From IMG/VR virus record IMGVR_UViG_3300032242_000723, positions 248,001 to 312,000 of that record: DNA of 64,000 nt; one strand, given 5' to 3'. A program made the position numbers and the translations under genes. The notes beneath the pieces were generated by a model. That model saw only the letters and a program-made list of their open reading frames with translations, was not told where the DNA came from and did not search any database. Of this stretch, positions 16,876 through 26,581 are shown piece after piece; the first letter of the stretch is position 1, and every line of letters starts with the position of its first letter.

Positions 16876-18015
16876 ATGTCTCAAGTATCTACCGATCTAA
16901 CGGTTAACTCCGTACAGGCTCGCAAGGCCATTCTACAAGCATTCAAGGTCAAGCGACCCGTGTTTCTCTGGGGTCCCCCAGGTATCGGTAAATCGGAAGT
17001 TGTTTCCGATATCACTGATGAACTCGGCGGCTATATGGTCGATCTGCGTATGGCGCAGATGGAACCTACTGATATTCGCGGTATTCCTTACTTCAATAAG
17101 GAAAACGGCAAGATGGACTGGGCTGAGCCTGTCGATCTTCCAAGTGCTGAACTCGCTGCACAATATCCAATCGTCGTTCTCTTCCTCGATGAAATGAACT
17201 CGGCACCCCCTGCTGTTCAGGCAGCTGGTTATCAGTTGATCCTCAATCGTCGTGTTGGTAAGTACAAGCTTCCTGATAACGTGGTTATTGTCGCTGCTGG
17301 TAACCGCGATAGCGATAAGGGCGTTACATATCGTATGCCGATGCCGCTCGCAAATCGTTTCGTTCACATTGAAATGCGTCCTGACTTCGCATCTTGGCAA
17401 GCATGGGCTGTCAACAAGGGCATTCACCGTGACGTTGTTGGTTATCTCTCGTTCGCTAAGCAAGACTTGTATGACTTCAACGCTAAGTCGTCTTCTCGTG
17501 CATTTGCTACCCCGCGTTCGTGGTCCTTCGTTAGCGACATGATCGCCAATGAAAATGTCCCTTCGACTAGCGAAGATACGCTTGACAAGTTGGCAGGCGC
17601 ACTTGATCAAGATACTCTCTTGCATCTTGTCTCGGGTTCTGTTGGTGAAGGCCTTGCTACGAAGTTCATGGCACACCGCAAGTATGCAAGTCGTATGCCT
17701 AATCCTGCTGACATTCTGTCGGGTAAGGTCAAGGATCTTGACGTGAAGGAAATCTCTGCGATGTATTCGTTGACGATTTCTATGTGTTACGAGTTGCGTG
17801 ATGCAGTCACTAACAAGGTCGATCATAAGCAGTTTCATATCATGATTGATAACTTCCTCGAATATATGATGAAGAACTTTGAGACTGAGTTGGTTATCAT
17901 GGGTGCAAAGGTCGCTCTCAAGACCTACAAGCTTCCTATTAAGCATGAGGATTTGAAGACGTTTGATGCGTTCCACAAGCAGTTCGGTCGGCATATTGTG
18001 GAAGCAGGTAGCTAA
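16876..18015 (+). CDS. MoxR/CbbQ-like AAA+ ATPase
   Basis: Walker A GPPGIGKS, Walker B LFLDEMN, AAGN, PLANRF, TPRSW. Confidence 0.9.
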   Translation: MSQVSTDLTVNSVQARKAILQAFKVKRPVFLWGPPGIGKSEVVSDITDELGGYMVDLRMAQMEPTDIRGIPYFNKENGKMDWAEPVDLPSAELAAQYPIVVLFLDEMNSAPPAVQAAGYQLILNRRVGKYKLPDNVVIVAAGNRDSDKGVTYRMPMPLANRFVHIEMRPDFASWQAWAVNKGIHRDVVGYLSFAKQDLYDFNAKSSSRAFATPRSWSFVSDMIANENVPSTSEDTLDKLAGALDQDTLLHLVSGSVGEGLATKFMAHRKYASRMPNPADILSGKVKDLDVKEISAMYSLTISMCYELRDAVTNKVDHKQFHIMIDNFLEYMMKNFETELVIMGAKVALKTYKLPIKHEDLKTFDAFHKQFGRHIVEAGS

Positions 18016-18024
18016 GCTACCCGC

Positions 18025-18063
18025 TACAGGGGGAGGTTAGAGACGTCCTCCCCCTGTATTTTT
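18025..18063 (+). terminator. Rho-independent terminator
   Basis: 12-bp stem TACAGGGGGAGG/CCTCCCCCTGTA followed by T5. Confidence 0.85.
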
Positions 18064-18075
18064 GTATAAAATATC

Positions 18076-18104
18076 TTGACAAATTGTCTCATATGTATTA
18101 TATA
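18076..18104 (+). promoter_or_regulatory. Sigma70-type promoter
   Basis: TTGACA-17 bp-TATATA. Confidence 0.7.
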
Positions 18105-18133
18105 TTAAGACTTAATCAAGCAAAGGATATCTC

Positions 18134-19432
18134 ATGACCACACTCACTACGGCTAGTAAGCAAAGTAAGAAAAAGAAGTCTAGCGGCGAAAAATATGAAA
18201 ATCTCGTAGGACCAACTGATCCTAAAGTAGACTTTGCTGCACGAGATCGTTTGGTCTCTGCCCGTGTCGGGCTTTTGCTAAATCATTCTTTCTTCGGCAA
18301 CCTTGCAACTCGCATGAAGTTGATCAACGCTGATGAATGGTGCGGTACTGCTGCAACCGACGGACTAAACTTCTATTACAACTCACGCTTTATTATGATG
18401 CTCAGGACTAAGGAAGTTGAATTCCTAGTCGGTCACGAAGTCCTTCACATTGTTTATGATCATTTGGGTCGTCGCGGTAGCCGTGATCCTCAAATCTTTA
18501 ACATCGCAAACGACTATGCAGTCAACGCAGACTTGAAGAAGCACAAGGTCGGTGAGTTCATTACGACGGTACCTTGCTTGTATGATGCTAAGTATCTTGA
18601 CTGGGCTTCGGAAGTAATCTATGACGATTTGATGAAGAATGTTCAATACATCAACGTCCAGTCTTTGCTTGATCAAATGATTGACGATCACTTAGATGGT
18701 GAAGGCGATAGTGACGAAGACGGCGAGGGCGAAGGCAACGGTAACGGCAAGGGTCGTCCAAAGATGACCGAAGCCGAACGCGAGGCTATGCGTCAAGAAA
18801 TGAAGCAGGCTATCATCAGTGCTGCACAGTCTTCGGATGCAGGTTCTGTCCCGCTTGGTGTTCAACGTATGATCAAGGATCTCACTGATCCTGTTATGCC
18901 CTGGCGCGAATTGATCCAAACAAACTTGACTTCGGCTATCAAGAATGATTATAGCTGGATGCGTCCTTCGCGTCGTAGCTGGCATATGGATGCAGTGATG
19001 CCTGGTATGACTCCCGGTGAAGAGATTGACGTGACTGTCATGGTTGATATGTCAGGTTCTATCTCTAACAAGCAGGGGATGCAGTTCCTAAGTGAAGTTG
19101 CAGGTATGATGGACTCGTTTGATGGCTATCGTATTCGCATTGCTTGCTTTGATACTCAAGTGTATAACATGCAGGAGTTTACTTCTGAGAACATGGAAAA
19201 GATCGAGGAATATCAACTAGCAGGCGGCGGGGGAACCGATTTCGATTGCTTCTTCAACTATCTTAAGGAAAATGCTATCGAGCCTAATCGGTTGATCGTA
19301 TTCACAGATGGGTATCCGGCCGGAAGTTGGGGCGATCCAGAATACTGCGATACAACTTGGATCATTCATGGTGATCCCAATCCAAATCCCCCATTCGGAA
19401 CTTTTGCGATTTATGATGATCACATGAATTAA
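18134..19432 (+). CDS. Metallopeptidase-like (HExxH) + vWA domain protein (DUF2201-like)
   Basis: TAATDG, HEVLH, NIANDYAVN, MIDAS VDMSGS, GGGGTDF, VFTDG. Confidence 0.88.
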   Translation: MTTLTTASKQSKKKKSSGEKYENLVGPTDPKVDFAARDRLVSARVGLLLNHSFFGNLATRMKLINADEWCGTAATDGLNFYYNSRFIMMLRTKEVEFLVGHEVLHIVYDHLGRRGSRDPQIFNIANDYAVNADLKKHKVGEFITTVPCLYDAKYLDWASEVIYDDLMKNVQYINVQSLLDQMIDDHLDGEGDSDEDGEGEGNGNGKGRPKMTEAEREAMRQEMKQAIISAAQSSDAGSVPLGVQRMIKDLTDPVMPWRELIQTNLTSAIKNDYSWMRPSRRSWHMDAVMPGMTPGEEIDVTVMVDMSGSISNKQGMQFLSEVAGMMDSFDGYRIRIACFDTQVYNMQEFTSENMEKIEEYQLAGGGGTDFDCFFNYLKENAIEPNRLIVFTDGYPAGSWGDPEYCDTTWIIHGDPNPNPPFGTFAIYDDHMN

Positions 19433-20042
19433 TAATGCTTGTACTGGAGAAATCCTCGTATAACTGTACGAGGGTTTTTTCTGACTTTTTGTGTTTCTTA
19501 TAGTTTTCTTTATCGGTTATTAACCTAAGATTGGATATATCCGAGACTACGTTGATAGGTACATCATTTAAAAATCCATCAGTGACACTAAAAATATGAT
19601 CCACATGCCAATCTCTACTTCTTTTTCGTTCCGGATCAATATCATCTATATGTCTTGAATACTGAGTTTCTGCGTATTGATGGCATCGTCTTCCGTAGGT
19701 AGCACGATCCATACCATCAATAGTAAAATCTTTGTTTTCATAAATCTTGTTCCAATAGTCTGATCGTTTTTCGGAAAGGTCTTTCTTGATACAGGGTGCT
19801 TTAGAAACATTATCTACCCCATATTTCTCTATTGATTTTTCTTTGCGGACATCCTTCACGTAATCACATGAACTCGCATTAGGGAAACCATATCGTTCTA
19901 CGCATGTTTCCTGCATCCTCTTTAGGACCGCAGGACATCCTGCCGGTTTATGCGAACATACTGCTTTTCCTTTTTTGGTAAATCTTATTGCTTGGTCACC
20001 ACAACCATTTTCACATAGCGGTAAAGATTGATCTAAATACAT
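19362..20042 (-). mobile_element. HNH-type (putative homing) endonuclease with N-terminal CENGCG Zn motif and CxxRYG repeats
   Basis: Start corrected to ATG 20042 after AAGGAG. WHVDHIFSV..GF...ISDISNLRLI...N.KK is an HNH-like C-terminus; TCVERYG and SIEKYGVDN repeats. Confidence 0.7.
19450..19480 (+). terminator. Terminator after the vWA gene (lies inside the antisense HNH ORF)
   Basis: AAATCCTCGTA/TACGAGGGTTT stem followed by a T-run. Confidence 0.65.
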
Positions 20043-20044
20043 TT

Positions 20045-20113
20045 GCTGATAGCTCCTTGTAAGCATTAGAGTAGTTGGAGACGCCAATCTCGCGAACTAC
20101 ATCTTTATTTATC
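20045..20113 (-). promoter_or_regulatory. Conserved leader element, copy 2
   Basis: Minus strand: GATAAATA, same hairpin stems and AAGGAG as 13368-13437; only the loops differ. Confidence 0.85.
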
Positions 20114-20157
20114 CCAAACACGTTGCTATCACTACATATATAAGTTATAAAGAGATC

Positions 20158-20403
20158 ATGACACACACTATTGCCGATCTAAATCTAAATCATTGGTATA
20201 TTGACCGAGAGTTAGCATATTGTCCTGATCACTTTGTGGCTTCTAGGGTAGATTTAACTCCTGAAAGATATCTTTGGATTCAAGAAAAACTAGTTGGAAG
20301 ATTTGTGCGTGTTGCATCTCGGAATTCAGATAGATCCTTTGAAATGGTTCCTGCTTTTGAGGATCCGTCCGAGATGCTCTTCTACGAACTAGTCTGGGGC
20401 TAA
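20158..20403 (+). CDS. Small protein of a dispersed W..E(N/K)...FxLxW family
   Basis: RYLWIQEKL ... MLFYELVWG. Confidence 0.6.
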   Translation: MTHTIADLNLNHWYIDRELAYCPDHFVASRVDLTPERYLWIQEKLVGRFVRVASRNSDRSFEMVPAFEDPSEMLFYELVWG

Positions 20404-20465
20404 CAAATATTTAAATCATGTGTTTCCTTATTAAATAGTTTTGTCATATAATAAGGAGACACAAC

Positions 20466-21158
20466 ATGAGTTTTTTACGCCACGTCGGTAAGCACGGTGA
20501 TCGCCGGGTAGCGATTGTATATCGTGAAGTTCCAGGCGAGCCTCACATGTGTTTAGTAGTTTACACTGAGTTGTTAAATAGAAACATCCATGATCCAATG
20601 ATCCGCTGTATTGAAAGCGACATTGGTCAAAACAGTGAAAATCTTGCTGATGCATTGAATAGATCATACACAACTGACGGACAAATCATCCTTCAGAAGT
20701 TGCATTACGAAGGACAACTGAAGAAGGTTCAAACTGAACTTGTTGTCGTAACCCCTCAACCAGGTGCTAAAATCAAGTTGAGCGATCTTAATAAGATCCT
20801 TGATGAAATGAAGATGGGTGAAGATGCTACTCGCCGCTTAGCAGAAATGGATAAGCAAGCAGGAATGCAATCTCCCATGGAAGTTGCTAGAAGAATGCGA
20901 GGCGACCGCGATCCGACGCCATTCGTATCACCTACACCGGTAGCAGGTGGACCAGACGCATTGGGCGATACTCAACTTGCAGACTCGTTTGTTCAACAAG
21001 CCGAACGTATGCAACGTGAAGCAAATGGTCTTCTCGCAGAAGCTAAGCGTTTATTGAGCGAAGCTGCTGCACTTTCACCAACTGCCCCTATTGCCCCTGC
21101 TGTTTCAGAAGAGAAGAAGTCACGCGGTAGACCAAAGAAGACTACAGTAACAGCGTAA
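20466..21158 (+). CDS. Hypothetical protein with C-terminal coiled coil and AT-hook-like RGRPKK
   Basis: AAGGAG RBS; SRGRPKK near the C-terminus. Confidence 0.75.
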   Translation: MSFLRHVGKHGDRRVAIVYREVPGEPHMCLVVYTELLNRNIHDPMIRCIESDIGQNSENLADALNRSYTTDGQIILQKLHYEGQLKKVQTELVVVTPQPGAKIKLSDLNKILDEMKMGEDATRRLAEMDKQAGMQSPMEVARRMRGDRDPTPFVSPTPVAGGPDALGDTQLADSFVQQAERMQREANGLLAEAKRLLSEAAALSPTAPIAPAVSEEKKSRGRPKKTTVTA

Positions 21159-21171
21159 AGGTACCTAACTA

Positions 21172-21468
21172 ATGTCCCCTGAATTTTTACAAAAGTGGGA
21201 ACGGTTGATCGAGGGCGTTGAGAAAGAGAAGATTCCAGTAGAGTTTATCAAAAAACTAGTTCTAAAGCTGATCGGCAAAAAGCAAAAAACAATCAATGTT
21301 GAGCGAATGCTAGATCAGGGACTTGATCCAGAACAAGTTGAAGAAGTGATAAGCAGACAACTAATGGAGTTAGATAACGCAGTGATTGGTATTGAGTTTA
21401 TTCTTAATGTACAAACGATTGCTGATACTGTACAGCCCGAAACTAACAAACTATTGAGTAACCTATGA
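21172..21468 (+). CDS. Hypothetical protein
   Basis: ORF coupled to DHFR. Confidence 0.7.
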   Translation: MSPEFLQKWERLIEGVEKEKIPVEFIKKLVLKLIGKKQKTINVERMLDQGLDPEQVEEVISRQLMELDNAVIGIEFILNVQTIADTVQPETNKLLSNL

Positions 21469-21911
21469 AACTCATAATAGCATGTGACCCAAACGGGGGA
21501 ATAGGCTACGAAAACAAGTTACCCTGGACTCACATCCAGGGTGATTTGCCAAGATTCAAGCAACTCACTGCCGACTATCCAGTAATCATGGGACGCAACA
21601 CTTGGGACAGTCTCCCGAGAAAACCATTACCCAACCGCACCAACATCGTAGTTACATCAAGACCTTTTGATGAAGCACATTGCGTGGATCAGATTCTTGA
21701 TCATACCGACTTCTATTGGCTGATTGGCGGTGCCAATCTAATAGAACAATGCTGGCCATACATCAACGAGATTCACTTGACTAGAACACATGACCATTAT
21801 ACTTGCGATACTTTCATAGATTTGTTATACATTGAGAACAACTATGTTAAGACCCATTCAGAAGTATTAATGGACCATACATATGAGATTTGGAGAATAA
21901 AGAATGTATAA
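21465..21911 (+). CDS. frd: Dihydrofolate reductase
   Basis: GIGYENKLPW, DLPRFKQLT, VIMGRNTWDSL, PLPNRTNIVVTS, IGGA, DTF. Confidence 0.95.
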   Translation: MKLIIACDPNGGIGYENKLPWTHIQGDLPRFKQLTADYPVIMGRNTWDSLPRKPLPNRTNIVVTSRPFDEAHCVDQILDHTDFYWLIGGANLIEQCWPYINEIHLTRTHDHYTCDTFIDLLYIENNYVKTHSEVLMDHTYEIWRIKNV

Positions 21912-22413
21912 TTTAGAGATAGATGGTTGGATGATGGAGGTTGAACTCCAAGAGATTGAACGTTTAGCAGCAGAGGTTCCAGCCAACGGTCTTATCGTTG
22001 AAATTGGTTGTTTGTACGGCAGAAGTACATATGCTTGGGCAAAATCGTGTGATCCTAGTGTTAAGGTATTAGTGATTGACGCCTTTTACGGTAAAGATCA
22101 ACGTGCTAAATTTGATGCCAGTATGGCTGGAATCGAAAACATCGAAGTCATTGACGGAAAAGCTCCGGACAAAATGATTTATCCAGGATACATGATTGAT
22201 TTATTATTCATCGATGCAACACACTTTAATCCAAATGATTTGGAAATCATCGAGTATTTCCTTCCTTTTATGAAAAAGGGTGGAATATTATCAGGACATG
22301 ACTATTATGAAGCCTACCCTGATGTTATAGCTAATGTTAGAATGTTGGAGGAAAGATTTGATCAAAAAGTTACGAATGCACAAGGTACATCTATTTGGGC
22401 ATTTAGAGTTTAA
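21904..22413 (+). CDS. Class I SAM-dependent methyltransferase (Methyltransf_24-like)
   Basis: IVEIGCLYGRST, LLFIDATH, GGILSGHDY. Confidence 0.85.
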   Translation: MYNLEIDGWMMEVELQEIERLAAEVPANGLIVEIGCLYGRSTYAWAKSCDPSVKVLVIDAFYGKDQRAKFDASMAGIENIEVIDGKAPDKMIYPGYMIDLLFIDATHFNPNDLEIIEYFLPFMKKGGILSGHDYYEAYPDVIANVRMLEERFDQKVTNAQGTSIWAFRV

Positions 22414-22415
22414 AC

Positions 22416-23255
22416 ATGAACGAACACGTATATCTAGAACTATTAGAAGACATCCTCGAGAACGGTGAAGTAAGAGAAGACCGCACTGGTGTAGGCACAA
22501 TCAGTGTGTTTGGAAGACAGTTGCGATTTGATCTTGAAAAGGGCTTTCCTGCTGTAACGACTAAGAAGCTAGCATGGAAAGCATGTAAGTCTGAACTGAT
22601 TTGGTTCCTTGAAGGAAGCGGTGACGAGCGTAGACTTGCTAAGATTCTACACGGTACGAAGGATCCAGCTAATACTACAATCTGGTCGGGCAATGCTACT
22701 GCACCATACTGGGAACCTAAAGCCAAGTTTCCAGGTGATCTAGGCAGAGTATATGGGGTGCAATGGCGTAACTGGGGAGGCGTTGATCAGATCAAGAAAC
22801 TGATTGATGGTATCAGTAAAGACCCTTATAGTCGTAGACATATTGTCAGTGCGTGGAATGTAGATGAACTAGACGATATGGCACTGCCGCCTTGTCATGT
22901 GATGAGTCAGTTTAGTGTGAGCAACAACGGCCGTTTAAGTTGTCATATGTACCAAAGAAGTTGTGATGTTTTTTTGGGAATTCCCTTTAATATCGCAAGT
23001 TATGCTTTACTAACACATATGATTGCTCAAGTATGCGGCTTGCGTGTGGGTGAACTTGTTATCTCAACAGGAGACACTCATATCTACCTAAATCATCGTG
23101 ATCAAGTTGAAGAGCAACTTACCCGTAAACCTTATCCAGCACCGACTCTTTGGTTGAACCCAGATATTATCGAGATTGATCGGTTCAATATGGACGATAT
23201 TCAGTTGACAAACTATGAGAGCCATGCTAGTATCAAGGCTGAGATGGCAGTATGA
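22416..23255 (+). CDS. thyA: Thymidylate synthase ThyA
   Basis: DRTGVGT, MALPPCH, YQRSCDVFLGIPFNIASY, GDTHIY. Confidence 0.97.
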   Translation: MNEHVYLELLEDILENGEVREDRTGVGTISVFGRQLRFDLEKGFPAVTTKKLAWKACKSELIWFLEGSGDERRLAKILHGTKDPANTTIWSGNATAPYWEPKAKFPGDLGRVYGVQWRNWGGVDQIKKLIDGISKDPYSRRHIVSAWNVDELDDMALPPCHVMSQFSVSNNGRLSCHMYQRSCDVFLGIPFNIASYALLTHMIAQVCGLRVGELVISTGDTHIYLNHRDQVEEQLTRKPYPAPTLWLNPDIIEIDRFNMDDIQLTNYESHASIKAEMAV

Positions 23256-23494
23256 CGGACATCAAGTTCACCGCATTTGAGTTTCAAGTTGATTTAGATC
23301 AAGATGATCCTGATCTAGTGGCTGACTTATCAATAAATGAGTGGCAAAAGACTGATTCGGCAAAATGGCTATTAGAACATTCAAATATTGCTAAGCACCG
23401 CTGCAAAGACCCTGCTAGTATAAGTTTACATTACAAAATCGTCTCAACAATAACCCCTGAAAAATATACCTTTTGGAGCTTGACATACAAATGA
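23252..23494 (+). CDS. Small protein of the dispersed family
   Basis: KWLLEH ... YTFWSLTYK. Confidence 0.6.
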   Translation: MTDIKFTAFEFQVDLDQDDPDLVADLSINEWQKTDSAKWLLEHSNIAKHRCKDPASISLHYKIVSTITPEKYTFWSLTYK

Positions 23495-23793
23495 CACTAG
23501 ACAGAGATCAAATCATCAATAACATGTGCTTGACCTTTCGTCACGATTACGGAATCGTAATCACTGAAGAAGATAGAATGTATTCGTTGGCAGCAGGCAT
23601 GACCAAGCGAGAACGCGAAGCACTGTTTAATGACATGGCTCAAGTCTTTGACCATCACTTTGCTCATTTTGCTACTGGGTTGGAAGAATATCGTAAGATT
23701 AATGAGGGTGAGTTAATCACTATGCCAAAGAGCAAAGAACATGCAAAGTACATGATCTTGATTGCTGAACACTACTTGAAGTCTCACGAATGA
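23491..23793 (+). CDS. Hypothetical protein
   Basis: ATGA overlap start at 23491. Confidence 0.65.
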   Translation: MTLDRDQIINNMCLTFRHDYGIVITEEDRMYSLAAGMTKREREALFNDMAQVFDHHFAHFATGLEEYRKINEGELITMPKSKEHAKYMILIAEHYLKSHE

Positions 23794-24743
23794 GAATACT
23801 TGTCACTGGTGGAATGGGTTTCATCGGACATAATGTCGTAGCACAGTTAGAAATGTTAGGACATGATGTACTGACGGTTGATAACTATACCAACTATGGT
23901 ATCGTACCAAGTACTGAACTCACTCACCTAGTGAAAGAACGAGCCAAGAAGGTAGATTCAATGTGTCATCCATATGACATTGCGGATCTGATCGTCATGG
24001 ATAGGACATTCAACACTTTCAAGCCTGAGTTAGTGATTCACTTAGCCAGCTTTCCTAGACAGAAAGCAGTTGGTATTGATCCAGGAGCAGCATCTCGTAC
24101 AATGACAGAAGGATTGCTCAACCTATGCGAAGTATCGGCTAAGCATAATGTCAAGCGTTTTGTCTATATCAGCAGCAGTATGGTATATGGTAACTTTGCT
24201 GACGGTACGACAGAACATGCACAATGCGATCCAATCGGTCAATATGGAATCATGAAACTAGCAGGTGAAATGCTGGTTAAAGATTATGCCAAACGTGGAT
24301 GTTTTGACTACACCATCTTGCGTCCAAGTGCGGTCTACGGCCCACTTGATGTCAACGACAGAGTAGTAGCGAAGTTCATTCTAGCAGCGATGCAAGATCA
24401 ACCACTTGAGGTCAATGGTTCAGGTGAGTCACTTGACTTTACATATGTAGAAGATGCTGCTTCAGGTATCGTAGGAGCGTCTCTGAGCGACGTTGCAGCA
24501 AATCGCACATATAACATCACTCGTGGCAGGGGCGTCTCTCTGCTTGAAGCAGCGTCACTTGTCACGAAGATCGTTGGTAAAGGTACACTAAAGATTGCTG
24601 AGCGTGACAATACCTTCCCTAGCAGAGGTGCATTAGATATTAGTGCTGCTCACAGAGATTTCGGCTACAACCCAACTGTTAACATCTTAGAAGGTTTCCA
24701 AAGATACTATGACTATCTTAACAATACCGCACTTCGGTCTTAA
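23790..24743 (+). CDS. NAD-dependent nucleotide-sugar epimerase/dehydratase (extended SDR)
   Basis: GGMGFIG, SSSMVYG, YGIMK (YxxxK), RPSAVYGP, DFTYVED. Confidence 0.93.
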   Translation: MRILVTGGMGFIGHNVVAQLEMLGHDVLTVDNYTNYGIVPSTELTHLVKERAKKVDSMCHPYDIADLIVMDRTFNTFKPELVIHLASFPRQKAVGIDPGAASRTMTEGLLNLCEVSAKHNVKRFVYISSSMVYGNFADGTTEHAQCDPIGQYGIMKLAGEMLVKDYAKRGCFDYTILRPSAVYGPLDVNDRVVAKFILAAMQDQPLEVNGSGESLDFTYVEDAASGIVGASLSDVAANRTYNITRGRGVSLLEAASLVTKIVGKGTLKIAERDNTFPSRGALDISAAHRDFGYNPTVNILEGFQRYYDYLNNTALRS

Positions 24744-25779
24744 ACGACAGTACACTACTCTTAAGGATGAGTTATTACAGGCGACTGATAATGTCCTAAG
24801 CAAAGGTATCCTAATTGGCGGTGAATATACTCGCGAGTTTGAACAATGGCTGGCTAAGAAAACTTGGTGCAGATTTGCAACGGTAACCCACAGTGGTACT
24901 CAGGCTTTAGAGTTCATTGCTCAATATGTAAGCGATCAAGACTTCTTAAATGGTAACCCAGACAATCCCAAAATTATACTACCAAATCTATCCTATCCCG
25001 CAACATTGAATGCGTTCTTAAGTAACGGTTGGGAAGTGGAACTTGTGGATACAGACAGTCACGGTTGTATGTCGTTTGATACACTTGAAAGAACGGATGA
25101 CCAGACTTATTCTTGTTATGTAGGATTGTATGGAGTAGAAGCACCTACGTACTTCACTAACTGGACTATAGTAGACGGAGCACAACATTGGCTTCAAGCG
25201 GATGGCAATGTGGGTGCTGGGATGGCAATCAGTTTTGATCCTACCAAGAACCTAAACGCATCTGGAAACGGCGGTGCGGTAGTCACAAACGATGAAGGAC
25301 TATATAACTTTGTAAACAAAGCAAAGAACAACGGTAAGCCAGAGTATGATTATCGTGGTACAAACTCTAAGATGAGTGAGATTGATTGTGCCCATCTATT
25401 GGTGCGAACGAAGTACATCGAGGAGTGGCAAATACGAAGAAGATTCGTCAGTGACACTTATATTGAGAACTTTGCTGATATGCCATTTAGATGCCTTTCA
25501 AAAGGAATTATCGATCATGCTGATCAGAAGTTTGTAATTTACACTGAGAGACGAGATGAGCTACATGCATACTTAAACGAGCACGGCGTTGAATCTAAGA
25601 TTCACTATCCGTATACATTGAGTGATCTTCCCGTTGCTACTGGATTAGTCAAGCCAGACATGATGAGTGTTAGCATGATGCTTAGTCGCGGTGTGCTTAG
25701 TTTGCCCATTTACCCTGAACTCACTGATGATGAAATATACTACATTATAAAGCAAGTTAAAGATTTCTTTGCTAAATAA
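24709..25779 (+). CDS. DegT/DnrJ/EryC1/StrS PLP-dependent sugar aminotransferase
   Basis: SGTQAL, VDGAQ, SFDPTKNL (PLP Lys), GNGGAVVT, GTNSKMSE, LSLPIYPEL. Confidence 0.93.
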   Translation: MTILTIPHFGLKRQYTTLKDELLQATDNVLSKGILIGGEYTREFEQWLAKKTWCRFATVTHSGTQALEFIAQYVSDQDFLNGNPDNPKIILPNLSYPATLNAFLSNGWEVELVDTDSHGCMSFDTLERTDDQTYSCYVGLYGVEAPTYFTNWTIVDGAQHWLQADGNVGAGMAISFDPTKNLNASGNGGAVVTNDEGLYNFVNKAKNNGKPEYDYRGTNSKMSEIDCAHLLVRTKYIEEWQIRRRFVSDTYIENFADMPFRCLSKGIIDHADQKFVIYTERRDELHAYLNEHGVESKIHYPYTLSDLPVATGLVKPDMMSVSMMLSRGVLSLPIYPELTDDEIYYIIKQVKDFFAK

Positions 25780-25786
25780 TAGTATC

Positions 25787-26242
25787 ATGTGGCTATTAAC
25801 AATCTTCTCGACCTTCCTCGTTCACGCTATGCTTATGACAGGCGTAATACTCCTTGCATGTTCTATGTTCTTAGGAGCTATCACATTCTTTAGGACATAT
25901 AAGTTTCCTATGCAGATTCTTGGGTTTATCTTGCTTGGTGCAGGATTGTACTATGAGGGTGCATTGGCTCATATGGCATCACAGGAAAAGGCAGTTGCTG
26001 CTCTTGAGATAAAGCTGAAGACTGCTGAAGCAGAATCATTGCGATTGAATGGTATAATCATTACTCAAAAGCGTGATTATGACATATTAGTGCAGTCAAA
26101 GGGCGACACTATCATCAAATATATTCATGATAGGTCAACTGTCATTGATAGCAAATGTGTAATCACACCCGATGTCATCGACGCACTCAATCAGGCTGCA
26201 AGCCTCGACGCGACCACTGAACCCAAGAAAGATAAGCCATGA
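25787..26242 (+). CDS. Putative inner-membrane spanin (Rz-like)
   Basis: N-terminal TM helices followed by a coiled coil; directly upstream of a lipoprotein gene. Confidence 0.6.
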   Translation: MWLLTIFSTFLVHAMLMTGVILLACSMFLGAITFFRTYKFPMQILGFILLGAGLYYEGALAHMASQEKAVAALEIKLKTAEAESLRLNGIIITQKRDYDILVQSKGDTIIKYIHDRSTVIDSKCVITPDVIDALNQAASLDATTEPKKDKP

Positions 26243-26541
26243 AAAAACTTATAATCGTTGCCTGTTTGTTCCTCGCATCTTGTTCTCACATTGCGGTTCC
26301 TGTAACTGCTAAGTTCCCAGATGCACCAGTTGAACTTAGACAAGAATGTGAAACACTCACTAAACTAGCATCTACTGCCAAACTAAGCACGGTAATGATC
26401 GCCGTCACTGAAAACTATGTCAAATATGCAAAGTGTAAGCGTCAAAATCAAGCTTGGAATGAATGGTATGACGGACAAAAGAAGATATTTGACGAAGCTA
26501 CAGAGACACGCAAGTTCCCTTGGATTCATATCAAGAAGTAA
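26239..26541 (+). CDS. Putative outer-membrane lipoprotein spanin (Rz1-like)
   Basis: Signal with lipobox FLASC; Pro-rich segment; C...Y..C pattern. Confidence 0.7.
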   Translation: MKKLIIVACLFLASCSHIAVPVTAKFPDAPVELRQECETLTKLASTAKLSTVMIAVTENYVKYAKCKRQNQAWNEWYDGQKKIFDEATETRKFPWIHIKK

Positions 26542-26581
26542 CATTCTTTTGATAAATACAAGATAGCAACGGAAGATCAAT

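Noticed and set aside
16933-17994. 353-aa antisense ORF over the AAA ATPase
   Set aside because: Fully nested opposite a motif-complete gene with strong codon bias; no recognisable motifs, RBS or promoter.
22416-23255. Thymidylate synthase as a dCMP hydroxymethylase (modified-base pathway)
   Set aside because: Retains the dUMP-specifying Asn in PFN, so it is a canonical ThyA.
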